Assembly: GCF_009914755.1 (NCBI RefSeq)
Contig: NC_060944.1
Length of the DNA stretch: 64,000 bases
Reading direction: 5' to 3' (one strand)
From: the human T2T-CHM13v2.0 reference genome, Homo sapiens
In this document: positions 1 to 14,858 of the stretch, piece by piece
Position numbering within the stretch: position 1 is the stretch's first letter
Layout of the letters: the number at the start of each line of letters is the position of its first letter
Notes under the pieces: model-generated
What the model saw: only the letters and a program-made list of their open reading frames with translations
Databases searched by the model: none
Told to the model about the DNA's origin: nothing
Position numbers and translations under genes: made by a program

Positions 1-293
1 CATTTTCTGCCATAAATGTGAAGGTAAAGTAAGTTCATGCTTCCAAGAGACTGGGGACAGAGAACTCCATTGCCATTTGCAAGATAAGCTAGGAAGAGAA
101 TTAATTAAAATTAATAAATTATATACATTAGAAGCAGTTTTGTGCCAGTAATACAATTTATTTTATACAATGGAAGTATGTGTACATATTGGTCTTTCTG
201 TCTTTGTAGGCAATCAAAATATGTAACTCTATACTATAATACCAGTTGAGCAAAGAAGGTCCTAATTTGAAGTATTCCAAATTTAAGTATGCC

Positions 294-315
294 CTCTCTC
301 TCTCTCTCTCTCTCT
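294..315. repeat. (TC)n microsatellite
   Basis: About 11 consecutive TC units. Confidence 0.95.
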
Positions 316-558
316 AAACCATATTAGATTTTGAGTAATTTAAACAGAGTATGGGAGAAAAAAACAGAGAGGCAAAGACTGATCACAGAAGTACACTTGC
401 TCATTTTTCTGTATAGTGTACACCGCTTTTAGCCCTCCTCACATAGGTGAGATTCCTTTTGATCACAGTGGTCTGAAACCCAATTGCTAATTGGTGGAGG
501 TAGAGTGGGGATATGGACCGAGGGGATTTCCCCATCATCTACAGCTAAACCTCTAAGC

Positions 559-769
559 CAGTGGTCCTCAACAGGGAGGTTATTTTGCCTGCCAGGGGCC
601 ATTGCCAATGTCTGGAGACATTTTTCATTGTCAGAATTAGAAAGGGTTCCACCAGCATCTGACGAGTAAAGGCCATGGATTCTGGTAAACATCCTACAAT
701 GCACAGAATAGCCCCCACAACAAAGCATTATCTGGCCCGCAATGTCACAGTGCTGAGGTTGAGAAACTG
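559..769 (+). mobile_element. MER20 (hAT-Charlie MITE)
   Basis: Starts cagtggtcctcaac; contains aatgtctggagacattttt and aaacatcctacaatgcacag; ends gctgaggttgagaaactg. Flanks resemble the ntctagan target. Confidence 0.85.
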
Positions 770-1269
770 GTCTAGGGTTAACCAGGCAAACCCTCCAGTC
801 AAGAGGGTTGTGATGATCTGATCTTTTTTGATTGGTCTTTTAAGGAAAGTAACTGTGAGCCCAGGGTGGATTCTGATTCCAACTTCATTTTCATTATTGG
901 GACATGGTTCTACTATTTACAGAGATGCAAGAATGTTATATTTCTAAACAAAAGAGGCTTTCACCCGAGGAATTGGGGCATTCATTTTCTTCAGTGCAGA
1001 CCTTTGAATGTCCTGTAGGAAACAAAATGGAGCACAACAGCAGTTATGCTCTGTTTGAAGAACGCACTTTCCACTCCTGAGAAGAAAAACTATCATAGGA
1101 TGGTGCAAGGGTTCAGGCCAGTCTGTAAATGTCCCAGAAAATTCTCTGTAACTGTGTTACTAACACAATTACTGAAGGGGAAAGAATGGAAAGAGAATAC
1201 AAAGAAGGGAGGGATGGAGGCCATTACACACTAAAATTTTGTCCCAGTTAATTCTTAAAATCCTGTAAT

Positions 1270-1420
1270 TGGGTTGTGTTTTGTATAATTTGTACCAAGG
1301 AAAACATGAAGTTCAAAGCTATTGGGTAACTTGGCCCAAGTCCCATCCCTAGTAAATAAAAGAGCTGGAATTTGGACCCAGTCTGTCTGAATATAAATTC
1401 CTTTTTTTTTAGCTTTGTCA
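1270..1420 (+). mobile_element. MIR fragment
   Basis: MIR core-like motif gtaacttggcccaagtccc...agagctggaatttggacccagtctgtctga. Boundaries approximate. Confidence 0.65.
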
Positions 1421-3107
1421 CACCATAAGATGCCACATTAGAGAATCATTCCTATGCTTAACTCATTCTTGATCACAGGAGCCAGTGTGGGAAAGTGGTG
1501 ACAGACTGGGCTTACTGCTTTGAAATAACAAATTTGGTAAAAGTCAAACGTGGTTATGAAATCCAAAGAGACTCGTTGATTAATGAGCAAATCTTCATCA
1601 ATTCTAGATTGCACGTGAATAGAAGCACACAAATACACACAGGCAAACACTACGATGGGAGCACAAAGCCAATGAAAGAAAAGCTGCTCTCCGACTCCTC
1701 TCAAGTATCTTCTCTGCCAGTGTTTCCCTAGAACACGGAGGTTTGATTTGCATTATGTTAAGGAAATTTTTTTGTGATTTCACTCCCCAAAAAGTGTTCT
1801 CTGATTATTTAAGACTTACTACTCTGCTTTCTAGAAAGATTTAAAACACATGCAATTTGAACTTCCCCTATGTCGTTACAATCAGGCCACAAAGAATTTC
1901 CCATTTTGTATTTTAAACCATTAGATTAATAGTTTTTGATCTCAAATATGCACCACATCTGAGAAAGTATGTCATGCCTCCTTGGAAATAATAATTTTCA
2001 GGGGCTCCTCACATCATTCAAAAGACCAAAGCCTATTATTCAAAGTCCACCACTATTCGATCTCAAACCACACTCCCCAACCTTTCTCTCCACAACCAAA
2101 TTACTAACTTGTTTCTCAAAGCCATCCCACATATTCTCACCTCTTCATCTGACTCTCTCCATTTATCCTGCCTAGTGGGCCTCCCCTTTCCCTCCTCCAT
2201 CCTCCAGACTCAGCATGTATCTGAAGCCCATCATTCCACGGGAGCTCACCCCAGTGAATCCAATAGACACTGAACATAAGTTTGGCCCATTCATTGAGCA
2301 ACTATTAATTCAACAAGTACTTACTAAGTCTCTCTATGATAGTCAGTGATCTGTTTGCACACATAAGCTTGTCTGCTCCACTAGACTATAAGCTCTTTGA
2401 AAATAAAGGTATGCCTTATTTACCTCATTAACTCCAGAATAACACCAGGTCAGGCACCCAGCACACTTTCAATAATGTTCACAACACAGTAATATTGCAG
2501 ACATGATTACTTTGCTCTCTACAACTATAAGACACTGGAACTCATCCAAATGCCCAACCACTGAAGAATGGTAAAGTAGATTAAGATACATCAAGAAGCA
2601 GAAAATTAGGAAGTATGTAAGCAATCATTACAAACACTATGGCTCCTTCTCCTCTTGCAAATCATCCACACCAATTCCCATTCTCTTCACTCTGGAAAAA
2701 CTGACTTCTCTTAACTCACATCCTCACTATACCCAGGACAGACTTTTTATAAGAACATTCACAGCATGCTAGAATTACATTCTTATGGGGAGAAGTATAG
2801 ATTTGGACGAGATACCTTCATTAGCCACTTGAATAAACGATGAACCCCAAAGAGCATTCTAGGTTATTAAGAAAAGACTGTGAAACCACCTTCTAAGGAA
2901 AATCGGAGACTTTGGGTTTGTAGAAATATGGGCATTCAAGTTTGGTAGTAAAGCTGAACTGCTCAGATAACAGAAAAAAAAGACCAAATGCTCTGTAAAG
3001 GAAGCATGAAGGAGAAAGAAAGAAAAATGCCAGTAAGGATATAGGAGAGAGAAATTATGGAACTCAATGAGATGTAGTGAAGGTTTTGAGGAATTTATTA
3101 TCAGGCA

Positions 3108-3460
3108 TGTGATGGAAGGCTAGCTCTCCATTGGTCTCTTCTGTTTCTGCACTGACCTTTGTCTCAGACTGTCTTTCCAAGGACACTTGTATAGCAAAGA
3201 GCTTTGGAAGTTAGAGGCAGTGTCTCCTTCCAGAGCAAATGGCAGATTTGTTCATTTCTAATATAAAAAAGACAATGTTTACCCCAAGGCAAATATCTGG
3301 CAGGCTTATTGCCCATTAGAAAATATTCAAGTTTCAGCTGAGCATGGTGTTTTGGGCCTATAATCCCAGCTACTCAGGAGGTTGAAGCAAGAGGATCACT
3401 TGAGAGACTAGGACTTCGAAACTAGCCTGGGCAACACAGGGAAACCTCTCTCTTAAAAAC

Positions 3461-3491
<31 letters not shown>

Positions 3492-3870
3492 CAGGCATGG
3501 TGGCATGGTGAAGCCTGTAGTCCCAGCTACTAGGCAGGCTGATGTGGAAGGATTACTTCAACGCTATAGTGAACTATGATCACACCACTGCCTCCTGCCT
3601 GGGTGACTTCATCTCTAAAAAAATTAAAAAACTAAATTCTAAAAAATTCAAGTTTCCTAAATTTGGTATTCTTCTCTTGTAACCAATGTGCTGCATGTGC
3701 AGATGTTATCTGGCTCTCTTTGTGTCACCCTGTGGGATTTGGCTCAGGCAACAAAAAAAGATGCTGATACTCTGACAATTATTATTGCTATGAATAACAA
3801 AATGCCTTTTGTCTCTGACCCAGGAGTTTCATGTCTTCTGCTAGCATCCACGAAACTGTGGCAGGCCACA
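3108..3870 (+). mobile_element. ERV1-class LTR (MER34/MER39-like), interrupted by an Alu
   Basis: TG start; 3' motif tttgtctctgacccaggagtttcatgtcttctgctagcatccacgaaactgtggcagg. Subfamily uncertain. Confidence 0.55.
3336..3640 (+). mobile_element. Old Alu (AluJ-like) with expanded A-rich linker
   Basis: Dimeric Alu; TSD core attcaagtttc at 3325-3335 and 3646-3656. Confidence 0.9.
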
Positions 3871-4249
3871 CAAAAGTATAATGAGATCCAAAGATCTTGA
3901 AAGTGTGTTGACGTAAACACTTTCTTAAATCTAGCCTATGAAATCTTAAGTAAGTTTTGCATTGTTTACCAATGTTTCTGTTGTAGATGGCTTGTTTTGG
4001 GAGAATGCAGAGTTTCTAGAGTCAGTGTCTAGATTGATACATTAAAAAATCAGAGAAATCACCATGTGGACAGTGGAAGTAGACCTTGAGGATACACTTA
4101 AATAGTTGAGAGATCTTTCCTATTCTGAGCTTCGTGAAGGAAGAGATCATATTCTGTCTACTTTACAGCCCCTGTGTTAGCCGAGTGCCTGACTTGAAGT
4201 AACATCACACCCAGTAAAGGCTGGATGATTGAATGACTGAATGGCATAG

Positions 4250-5200
4250 GGCACCATGCTTATAATGCACCCTTGATAGTCAACACCCAAACTGTTCCTT
4301 TTAAAATATGAACCTGGCCATTTCACTTCTCTTCCCTCAACTCTTAGACGACTTTCTGTCATGCTTAGGATACAAGCAAAAGCTCTTCTTAAGGCCTCCA
4401 AGGACCCATATAATCTGAGCCTTGACTCTATTCTTCTCCCACTTATGTCCTTGCTCCCTGCTTGCCATATTCTTCCCTTAGACATTCAGATGTCTCACTC
4501 CATTTGATATGGTTTGGATCTGGATCCCCACCCAAACCTCATGCCAAATTTTAATCCCCAGTGTTGGAGATGGGACCTGGTGGGAGGTGACTGGATCATG
4601 GAGACAGGTTTCTCTTGAATGGTTTAGCACCATCCCTTTGGTGTTGTTCTCATGACAGTGAGTAAATTCTCACGAAATCTGGTTGTTAAAAAGTGTGTGT
4701 CACCTCTCCCCCATCTCTCTTCCTCCTGCTCCTGCCATGTAAGACGTGCTGCTTCCCCTTCATCTTCCACCATGATTGTAAGTTTCCTGAGGCCTCCTTA
4801 GAAGCAGAAGCCACCATGCTTCCTGTACAACCTGGGAAACTGAATCAATTAAACCTTTTCTTTAAAAATTACCCAGTCTCAGGTATTTCTTTTTAGCAGT
4901 GCAAGAATGGACTAATACACCATTGTATCCAAATTTCACCTCATCAGAGATGCTTTCTGCAAACACCAATCTAAAAGAGCACCTCGTCCCTCTCCCACTT
5001 TATCATACTTTTTTTTTAATTCACTCTTCATAGTACCTGCCATTCTATTATGTATTGATTTGTTTGTTTGCTTATTATCTGTCTCCCTAACCAGACTGTC
5101 AGCTCCACCAGGGCAGGGACTTTGTTTCATTCACTAACTATATCCCAGCATTTAAAGAGTTCTTGGGATGTAGTAGGAGCTTAATAATTAAGTGTGCAAT
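4250..5200 (-). mobile_element. L2 3' region, split by a MaLR LTR
   Basis: L2 motifs such as gactgtcagctccaccagggcagggactttgtttcattcact and terminal atgaatgga. Boundaries approximate. Confidence 0.7.
4505..4919 (+). mobile_element. MSTA-type MaLR solo LTR
   Basis: tgatatggtttggatc...ggactaataca termini; perfect 5-bp TSD ccatt at 4500-4504 and 4920-4924. Confidence 0.9.
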
Positions 5201-7829
5201 GAATGGATTAGAGAAGAGGAGGAGAAGGAAGGAAAGGGAATGAAGGAGATGGGGAAGAGAGGGGAAGAAGGGAGTGAAAAAAAAGAGAGAAAAGGATGAA
5301 AGAAAGAAGAAAAAAGGCAGCCACCATAATAAGAAGCATCACTAATTGATGCTGCTGAGCTGCAAGGGTCTCAGAGAGGGTCTCAGGGTCTGTATCCTCT
5401 TCTATTGTAATGGGATATCCTTTTCTGGCTTCCAAAAACAGCCCTTTCCCTCTAATAGCTGTTATGTCAGAAATGGAAACAAAGATAGTGTCTCTGATTA
5501 AGTGATGCATTCTGGGAAACCGGTACAACTTCCTGGTACAGAGGCAGGAAATTTTACCTCAACCTGCAAGGAAAAGCTAATCGGAGTCCTTTGGCTTTCT
5601 CTTTCCCAGCTTCTCATTTAAGTAAGTAGTTACTGATGGCTACAAGATATTCTAATACCACTGCAAATGCCTGGCTGGGTTTTAGCTGTTTTCACACTTG
5701 AATTTTCTGCTTTAATAACTGGAACATAGAAATCTTAGTTAAGTTCGGTCATAAGCCTTGAATAAAATGAATCATTTAATCATGAAGAAAATTCCCCAGT
5801 TGAAATAAACAAGCAGATTTTAAACAATTCTATATATCTAGGGTTTCACAATATTCTCAAAGGAGACATGTATAAAAATTATAAATATCTAAAATAATCC
5901 TGTATCTTAGAGAGCTTAGACAGCCTCAGCTCCAGTGAATGAATGTAAAGTACAAAGTAAATGAGGCTTAATTGCATTAGAACACCTGCATAATTGATCA
6001 TTTCACCACAACTGCAGTCTAAAATCATGATGTCTGAGGTGATCAAACTGCACTGTGGGAAGTAAATAGTAAAGCCTTTTCAGGTCAGATCCAGCCCCTC
6101 AAATCTTTCTGTTGATTTTATTTGTTTGGCTTTTGGTTGATTGGTTGCTCTGTCTGTTGGGTTTCTGCCTCCTTCTTGTTCCTGAGACCATTTATAATGA
6201 ATTTGCATGTAATGGAGTTTCAAGGAAGTTTGAAGATATCTAGGTGCTTCTGCTTGGTGGTAATAGAAGATGAGGGGATATTACAACACAACCAGAGGAC
6301 TCTAACTCAGGTCCTGTGTGATAAAAATAAACAAGCCTACACTAGGGCAGATTTTGAATCCGAGAGGAGAGGGGACTGTGTTTCAAACCCACCCTATTTA
6401 AGTTCCATTCTACTTAGGTTCCCCTCGGCTTTAAAAGCTGTAAGGCAGAGATCAAAACCCTTTTGTAAACTGCCTCTAAGTAACGCAGCAAATGGCTTCT
6501 TGCAGCTAAGGCTGGATCATTACAGTACAAAGCAGCAGTATTAAAGTAGGAGACTCTTTATTTCAGGGGAAAGGCTCATTTCCTGCAAAAAAAATTTTTA
6601 CAATTTGCATTGGGCTCTTTAATAGTATCTAACTGATAGATTTCAATTATACAGGAACAAAAAGTAAGTGTGGCCACTGCTTACAGGCTGGAGATCAGTC
6701 ATGTATCCTGGAAATCTTATCATTAGAGGGGGAATCCAACCTTTGGCCCCAGTGAAGAATTTTACTCATCTACCTAGAAGATGACTGAAAAGAAACCCGG
6801 AGTGTAATGAGAGAATTAGTGCCGCAGCCAGTGCACACAGAATGATTTTAAATAAAGTATGAATTATTCTCAGCTGTTGAGACTTTATTCATAGGAAAGA
6901 GAAAGCCAGACACAGCAAAGAAGAATAAAAAACACGGCCTGAAGATCCCATGTTCTCTCAAAACCCTAACCCTTCTATTCTGAGTATTCATCAATATTTA
7001 ATTTCCTCATTTATTTTATCTTTCCATTTCCACAACCCTGTGTTCTGTTCAGCTGAATGGTGCTGTGTGTCTAGACACCAGTGAAAATTGGTAGCCTCAC
7101 ATGAATGGTGACCCATTACTCTGTTGAGTTCACTAAGTACACGTTGAGTGCCTATTGTGTGCGAGGCTCTGAAATATGAAGACAGGAAGAGACAACTCCA
7201 AACTATTACTAGAAATTCATCCCTGGAGCCAGACAGCAAAGGTCTCATTTGGCCACTCACTACTCTGTGACATCACTTAACTTTCCTCATTTGCAAAATG
7301 TGGATAACAATACTACCCATCACAGCGTTGGACAAATATTATATGTTAATATTTGTAAAATACTTAGAATAGTGGCAGTGTCATATCATGTTAGCTTTAC
7401 TATTACTTTGTAGGAGGCTTCAGACTAGGAAAAGAAACAAAAACAATAATTCCAACCTTAAAGGATAAATGCTGTGATATTGATTAGCACTAGAGCTTTG
7501 AGAGTACAGAGGAAGGCCTAAATGGGAAGGAGGGGAGTTGGACTGAAATAAGGAAAGATTTTCAATAAGAGATGAAACCTAACTAAAATGTTTTTGAAAG
7601 AAAACAAAAACCTAACCAGTAGCCTATACCAGCTGTACAAATTTCCACTTCTGCCTTAAGAAGCGGGCTTTTCTCTACAGCTCATTCCTTTTCCCAAAAC
7701 TAAAGCTTAGAATCATATTTACATAGGGAAATTCTTCCTGCTCCAGCTTCGCCCAAGAGTATACTCTTTCTGCAGGCCTCTGCACTTCTGGTAGGTATCA
7801 CCTACTTCCAGTAATTAAGAACATGGAAA

Positions 7830-8040
7830 CGGATGCAAGATTGCTGTGGGTCAAATTCCAGTTTTGCCACTCCTGGCTCTGAAACCTTAGACAAGTTACT
7901 TAACCTTATGATGATTCAATTTCGTCAGAGGTAAAATGGGGACCATAATAGTGCCTACCTCTGGGTGGTTATGAGGATTAAATAAATTAATAGTTGTGAA
8001 GCATTTAGAACAATGCCTGGCATATTATAAGTACTATGTG
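7830..8040 (-). mobile_element. MIR
   Basis: ccttagacaagttacttaacctt...gtaaaatggggaccataatagtgcctacctc...gcatttagaacaatgcctggcata. Confidence 0.8.
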
Positions 8041-8162
8041 GATGGAGATGATGATCATTGACACTTTTTTAAAAACAACAATTTTCCCAAGATCAGAAGT
8101 GGCAGTCTTGGTCTGTAGAATCCTGTTGACCAACTCAAGTCTTTTTGTTTTCAACAGCTTTA

Positions 8163-8457
<295 letters not shown>

Positions 8458-9835
8458 CTACCACGGTCACCTCCTTCCCTATCTCATCCTTGTGCAACCG
8501 TTAATCTGCATTGTCATTATAGATTAGTTTGCATTTTACAGAATTTTATATAAATGGAACCATCCAATGTGTACTCTTTTTTGGTCTGGCTTTTTTCATG
8601 CAGCATAACCATTTTGAGATTCATCCAGGTTGTAGCAGGTATCAGTGGTTCATTCTTTGTCATTGAGGAGTAGCAGTATGTGAATAAAACATAGATTGTT
8701 TATCCATTCACCTGATGACTGGCTTTTGGGTTGTTTCAGTTTGGGGCTATTAAAAATAAGCTGCTATGAACATTCATATGTGCATCTTTGTATGAATACA
8801 TGCTCTTATTTACCTTGGGCACATGGCTAAATATGGTTCCTGTAGGTTTAACTTTTGAGAAACTCCCAAACTGCTTTCCACATGGTTGTACCATTTTACC
8901 CTCCCTTCAATAATGTGTGTTTCTTCCCAGTTTCTCCACATCCTCACCAATCCTTGGCTTGGTCAGTCTTTTTGATTTTGCCCATTCTACTAGGTATGCA
9001 GTGGTATCTCAATATAATTTTAATTTTAATTCCCCTAACAAATAATGATGCTGAGCATCTTTTCAGATGCTTATTTGTCATATATATTTTTTATCTGATG
9101 AAGCCTCTTTTCAAATCTTTTGCCTATTTTTAGTTGGGTTGCTTGATTTCTCATTAGTGAGTTTTGAGGGTTTTTGATATAATCTGGATATAAGTTCTTT
9201 ATCAGATATACGATATGCAAATATTTTCTTCGAGTGTGCTTCTTGTCTGTTTATTCTTCTACAGTGTCTTTTAAAAAGGAGATATTTTTAATTTTGATGA
9301 AGTTTATCAATTTGTTTTGTTATGGATCATGCTTTTGATTTAGTGTCTAACAAATCTTTACCCAAATCAGGTCTCAAAGAATTTCTCCTATGGCTTTTTT
9401 CCTAGACTTTTTATGGTTTTAGGCTTTATATTTAGGTCTAAGATTCTGTTTGAGGTAATTTTTTATATGATTAGGGATATGAACCAAAGTTCATTTCTTT
9501 ACATGTGGATAGCCGATGGTTTCAGCACCATTTGTTGAAAAGAATATCCTTTCTATGCTGAATTGTCTTGCACCTTTGTCAAAAGCAGTTGTCTATATAT
9601 GTAAGGGTCAATTTCTGGACTCTCTATTCTGTTCCATTTACATATTTATCTATCTTTTAAGCCAGTACCACACTGTCTTGATTATTATAGGTCTGTAATG
9701 AGTGTTAAAATCAAGTAAAATTCATCTACCAATTTTTTTCTTCTTTTTCAAAGTAGTTTTGGCTATTCTAGATCCTTTGTCCTTCCATATGAATTTTAGA
9801 ATCAGCTTATTGATTTCTATCCAAATTCTTGTTGG

Positions 9836-10965
9836 AAACTGTAAAAATCCTAGAAGAAAACCTAGGAAATGCCATTCTGGATATGGCCCTTAGGGAAGAA
9901 TTTATGACTAAGTCCTCAAAAGCAATTGCAACAAAAACAAAAATTCACAAGTGGGACCTAATCAAACTAAAGGACTTCTGCACAGCAAAAGAAACTGTAA
10001 ACAGAGTAAACAGACAACATACAGAATGGGAGAAAATATTCACAAACTCTGTATCTGACAAAGTTCTAATACCCAGAATCTATAAGAAACTTAAACAACA
10101 GAACAAGAAAAAAACAGCCCCATGTTTAAAAAATGGGCAAAAGTCATGAACAGAGACTTCTCAAAAGAAGACATACAAAAATCCAACAAACATATGAAGA
10201 AATTTTTATCATCACTAATCATCATAGAAATGCAAATCAGAATGACAATGAGATACCATCTCATGCCCATCAGAATGGTTATATTAAAAAGTCAAAAAAA
10301 CAACAGATGTGGAGAAAAGGAAATGCTTATACACTGTTGGTGGGAATTTACATTTTTTTAGCCACTGTGGAAAGCAGTTTGGAGATTTCTCAAAAAACTG
10401 AAAACAGAACTACCATTCAAAACCCAGCAATCCCATCACTGGGTATATATCCAACAGAAAACAAATCCTTCTACCAAAAAGAAGCATGCACTTGCATGTT
10501 CATTGCAGCACTATTCACAATAGCAAAGTCATGGAATCAAACTAAGTGCCCATCAATGGTGGACTGGAAAAATAAAATGCGCTACATATACACCATGGGA
10601 TACTATGCAATCATTATAAAAAAAAAAGAAATCACATCCTTTGTAGCAACATGAGTGCAGTTGGAGGCCATTATCCCAAGCAAATTAATGTAGGAACAGA
10701 AAACCAAATACAACATGTTCTCACTTATAGGGGAGAGCTAGACATTGGATACTCATGGACATAAAGATGGCAACAATAGACACTGCGGACTACTGGTGGG
10801 GCAGGGAGGAGAAGGAAGGTGCAGGGGTTGAAAAACTTACTGTTGCATACTATGCTCAGTAACTGGTTGACAAGATCATTCATACCCCAACTCAGCATCA
10901 CACAATATACACAGGTAATAAACCTGCACAGGTAGCCCCAGAATCTAAAATAAAAGTTGAAAAAA
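9836..10965 (+). mobile_element. 5'-truncated L1PB-type element (ORF2 C-terminus and 3' UTR)
   Basis: Frameshifted ORF2 pieces (ORFs at 9829, 10122, 10133); 3' end aatctaaaataaaagttgaaaaaa; degenerate TSD aaattcttgttgg / aaattctcactgg. Confidence 0.85.
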
Positions 10966-11037
10966 ATTCTCACTGGGATTTTAATTGAGATCAGATTGGA
11001 TATATAGATCAATTTGGGGAGAATTCACATCTTATAC

Positions 11038-12182
<1,145 letters not shown>

Positions 12183-14319
12183 TAGAATTTAGTTTCTCTC
12201 AGAAATGTGTTATAGTTTTCATACATCGTCCTTTATTTTTGTAGTTTCAATTCATAGGTCCTTTACATTTTTGTCATATTTATTCCCAAGTACTTCATGT
12301 TTGTGATACTGTTGTAAATTGTATTTTTTTAATTGAGATTTCCAATTGTCTGTGGCAAATTGACTTTTTATATTAATCTCAAATCTGAAGTACACTAAAT
12401 TTATTTACAAGTTCAAGATGCTTTTTTCTGGATTCTACATAAATAATCATGTCTTCTGCAAAGAAAATTTTGCTTCTTCATTTCCAATCTGGAAGTTTTT
12501 TCTTTCTTTGTCTTGCCTTATTCTATTGGCTAGAAGCTCTAATACAATGTGGAATAAAAGTGGTGGGAGTACACATCTTTGCTTTGTTTCTGATCTTAGG
12601 GAAAAGCATTTGATCTTTCAACATTAAGTATGATGTTAGCTGTAGGTTTTTGTACTGTCCTTTATTAGGCTGAGGAAGTTTCCTTCCATTAATACTATGA
12701 GTTTGCTGAGAGGTTAAATCAAAAATGAATGTTGAATATTTTTAATGCGTTTTGCTGCATCTATTGAGATGCTCACATTTTATTTTTTATTTTATAATAT
12801 GGTGAATTACATCAATTAAGTTTGAGTATTGAAGCAACGTTGCATTTCTGGGAAAAATCCCAATTAATCATGATGTGTGTGTGTATGTGTGTGTATGCAC
12901 ATACATGTGTATATATGTGTATATTAGTTAAATTTCACTTGTCAAAATCTTGTTTATAATTTTTATTTGTGTTCATGAAATATTTTTATCTATAATTTTA
13001 TATTCTTGTAATATTTTACTTAGGTTTGGATATAGGCTAATATTGACCTCATCTAACGAGTTGGGACATAGTTCTCCCTATTCAGTTTTCTACAAGAGTT
13101 TGTATAAAATTGTCATCATTACCCCCTTAAGTGTTTGGTAGAATTCTTCAACAAAACCATCTGGACCTAAAGTTTTCTTTGATGGAACGTTTTTAAACAA
13201 CAAATTAAATTCCTTTAATAGATATAGGGATACTCTGGTTATATATTTCTTCATGAGTAATCTTTGGTAGTTGATGTCTTTCATGGAATATTGACCATTT
13301 TATCTAAGTTGTTGAGCTTATTTACATAAAGTTGTTTATAATATTCCCTTATTAACCTTTTAAAATTGTATTATCTACATTAATGTCACCTCTCACATCT
13401 GATATTGGTAATTTGTGTCTTCTATCTTTATTTTCTAGTCAGCCTCACTAGACACATATCAATTTTTTAATCTTCTCAAAAAGACACCTTTTAGTTTTAT
13501 TTTTTCTATTTATTTTCTGCTTTCTATTTTATTGATTTCTGTTCTAATGTTTTTTCTACTTATCTTGAGTTTAATTTGGGTTTTTTCCCTAGTTTCTTAA
13601 CCTGGAAGCTGTGATCTTTGATTCAAGACCTTTCTTCTCTTCTAATATCAGCATTTAGTACTATAAAATTCACCGTAAGTATTATTTAGCAGTATATTGT
13701 AAATTCAATGTGTTGCGTTTTATTTTATTTAGTTCAAAATGCTTTCTAGTTTTCATTTGTTTTCTTCTTTGACCCATGGGTTGTCTAAAAGTGTGTTACC
13801 TTGTTTGGAGATTTTCCAGAAATCTGTTATTGATTTATAAATTACTTTCATATTTTTGCATGATTTAAATCTTTTGTAAATTTATTAAATCTTGCCTTGT
13901 AGTCCAGAATACAGTCTATCTTGATAAATGTTCAATGTATATTCTACCTCCACTCAGTGGAGCATTTTATAAAACTTAATTAGGTCAAGTGGGTTGATAG
14001 TGTTGTTCAGATATTTATATTCTTATTGATTTTCTGTCTACTTAGTCTACAAATTACTGAGAAATAGTTATTTAATATATTTGACTATAGTTGCAGATGT
14101 GTACATTTTTAATAATGTTATCAGTTATTGCCCAGGTATTTTGAAGTTCTGTTATTAAGGGCATAAACCCTCAGGACTGTTATATTCTCTTGAAGAATTG
14201 ACTCCATTATGACTATGAAATTACAACCTTTCTGTCTAGTAATATTCTTTGACCTGAGATTTACCTTTCTTCATTAATATAACTGTTCTAGCTTTCTTTC
14301 GACTGGTGTTAGTATAGTA

Positions 14320-14858
14320 CAGTCTGTTCTTATCATTTGTGGTAGCTGTGTTTTATAAAGTCACTGTGAACACTGAAGTAGCAAATATTGAACCATTGCA
14401 CCTAAAAGAAATATGTATATACATATCTCATATAAATTATAATCTTAAATCCTAAAAGTAGTTCATCATGATGTATTCTATTTGCTTGATATTTAAAAAG
14501 AGAAAATAAGGTTCAAAAGTGTTAAGTGACTTAACTGAGGTTGTCTCACTAACAAGTGACAGTTAGGATTCAAATTTTATTCAACTGACCCAAGAGTGTT
14601 CTTGCACTACACTGTACTATCCCCTACTTTCTTTATCCTCTGGTTATCTCTTTTTAAAAGCTAAAACAAGAATACAAAGTATTGCCTTATTTGTTCTCAG
14701 CCAGTAGTCGGGGGTTAGGTGACTCAAATTTTTTGCTATTCTGTGCATCTCCACAGATGGCCACAAAAGCACCAAGAGTATTGATTTTGAAGTTACAAGT
14801 AAATCTTACCAAGTAAGCTAATTCACAAATATGGAATCCTCAAATCATGAGAATTGTG
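14320..14858 (+). mobile_element. MER6-family (TcMar-Tigger) non-autonomous DNA transposon with internal MIR-like segment
   Basis: 5' cagtctgttcttatcatttgtggtag...cactgaagtagcaaatattgaaccattgc; 3' gagtattgattttgaagttaca...caaatatggaatcc; TA on both sides (14318-14319, 14859-14860). Confidence 0.75.

Noticed and set aside
6122-6544. 140-aa ORF, and other 100-140 aa ORFs in unique DNA such as 27507-27935
   Set aside because: No recognisable domain, several have non-ATG starts, and such lengths are expected by chance in 64 kb.
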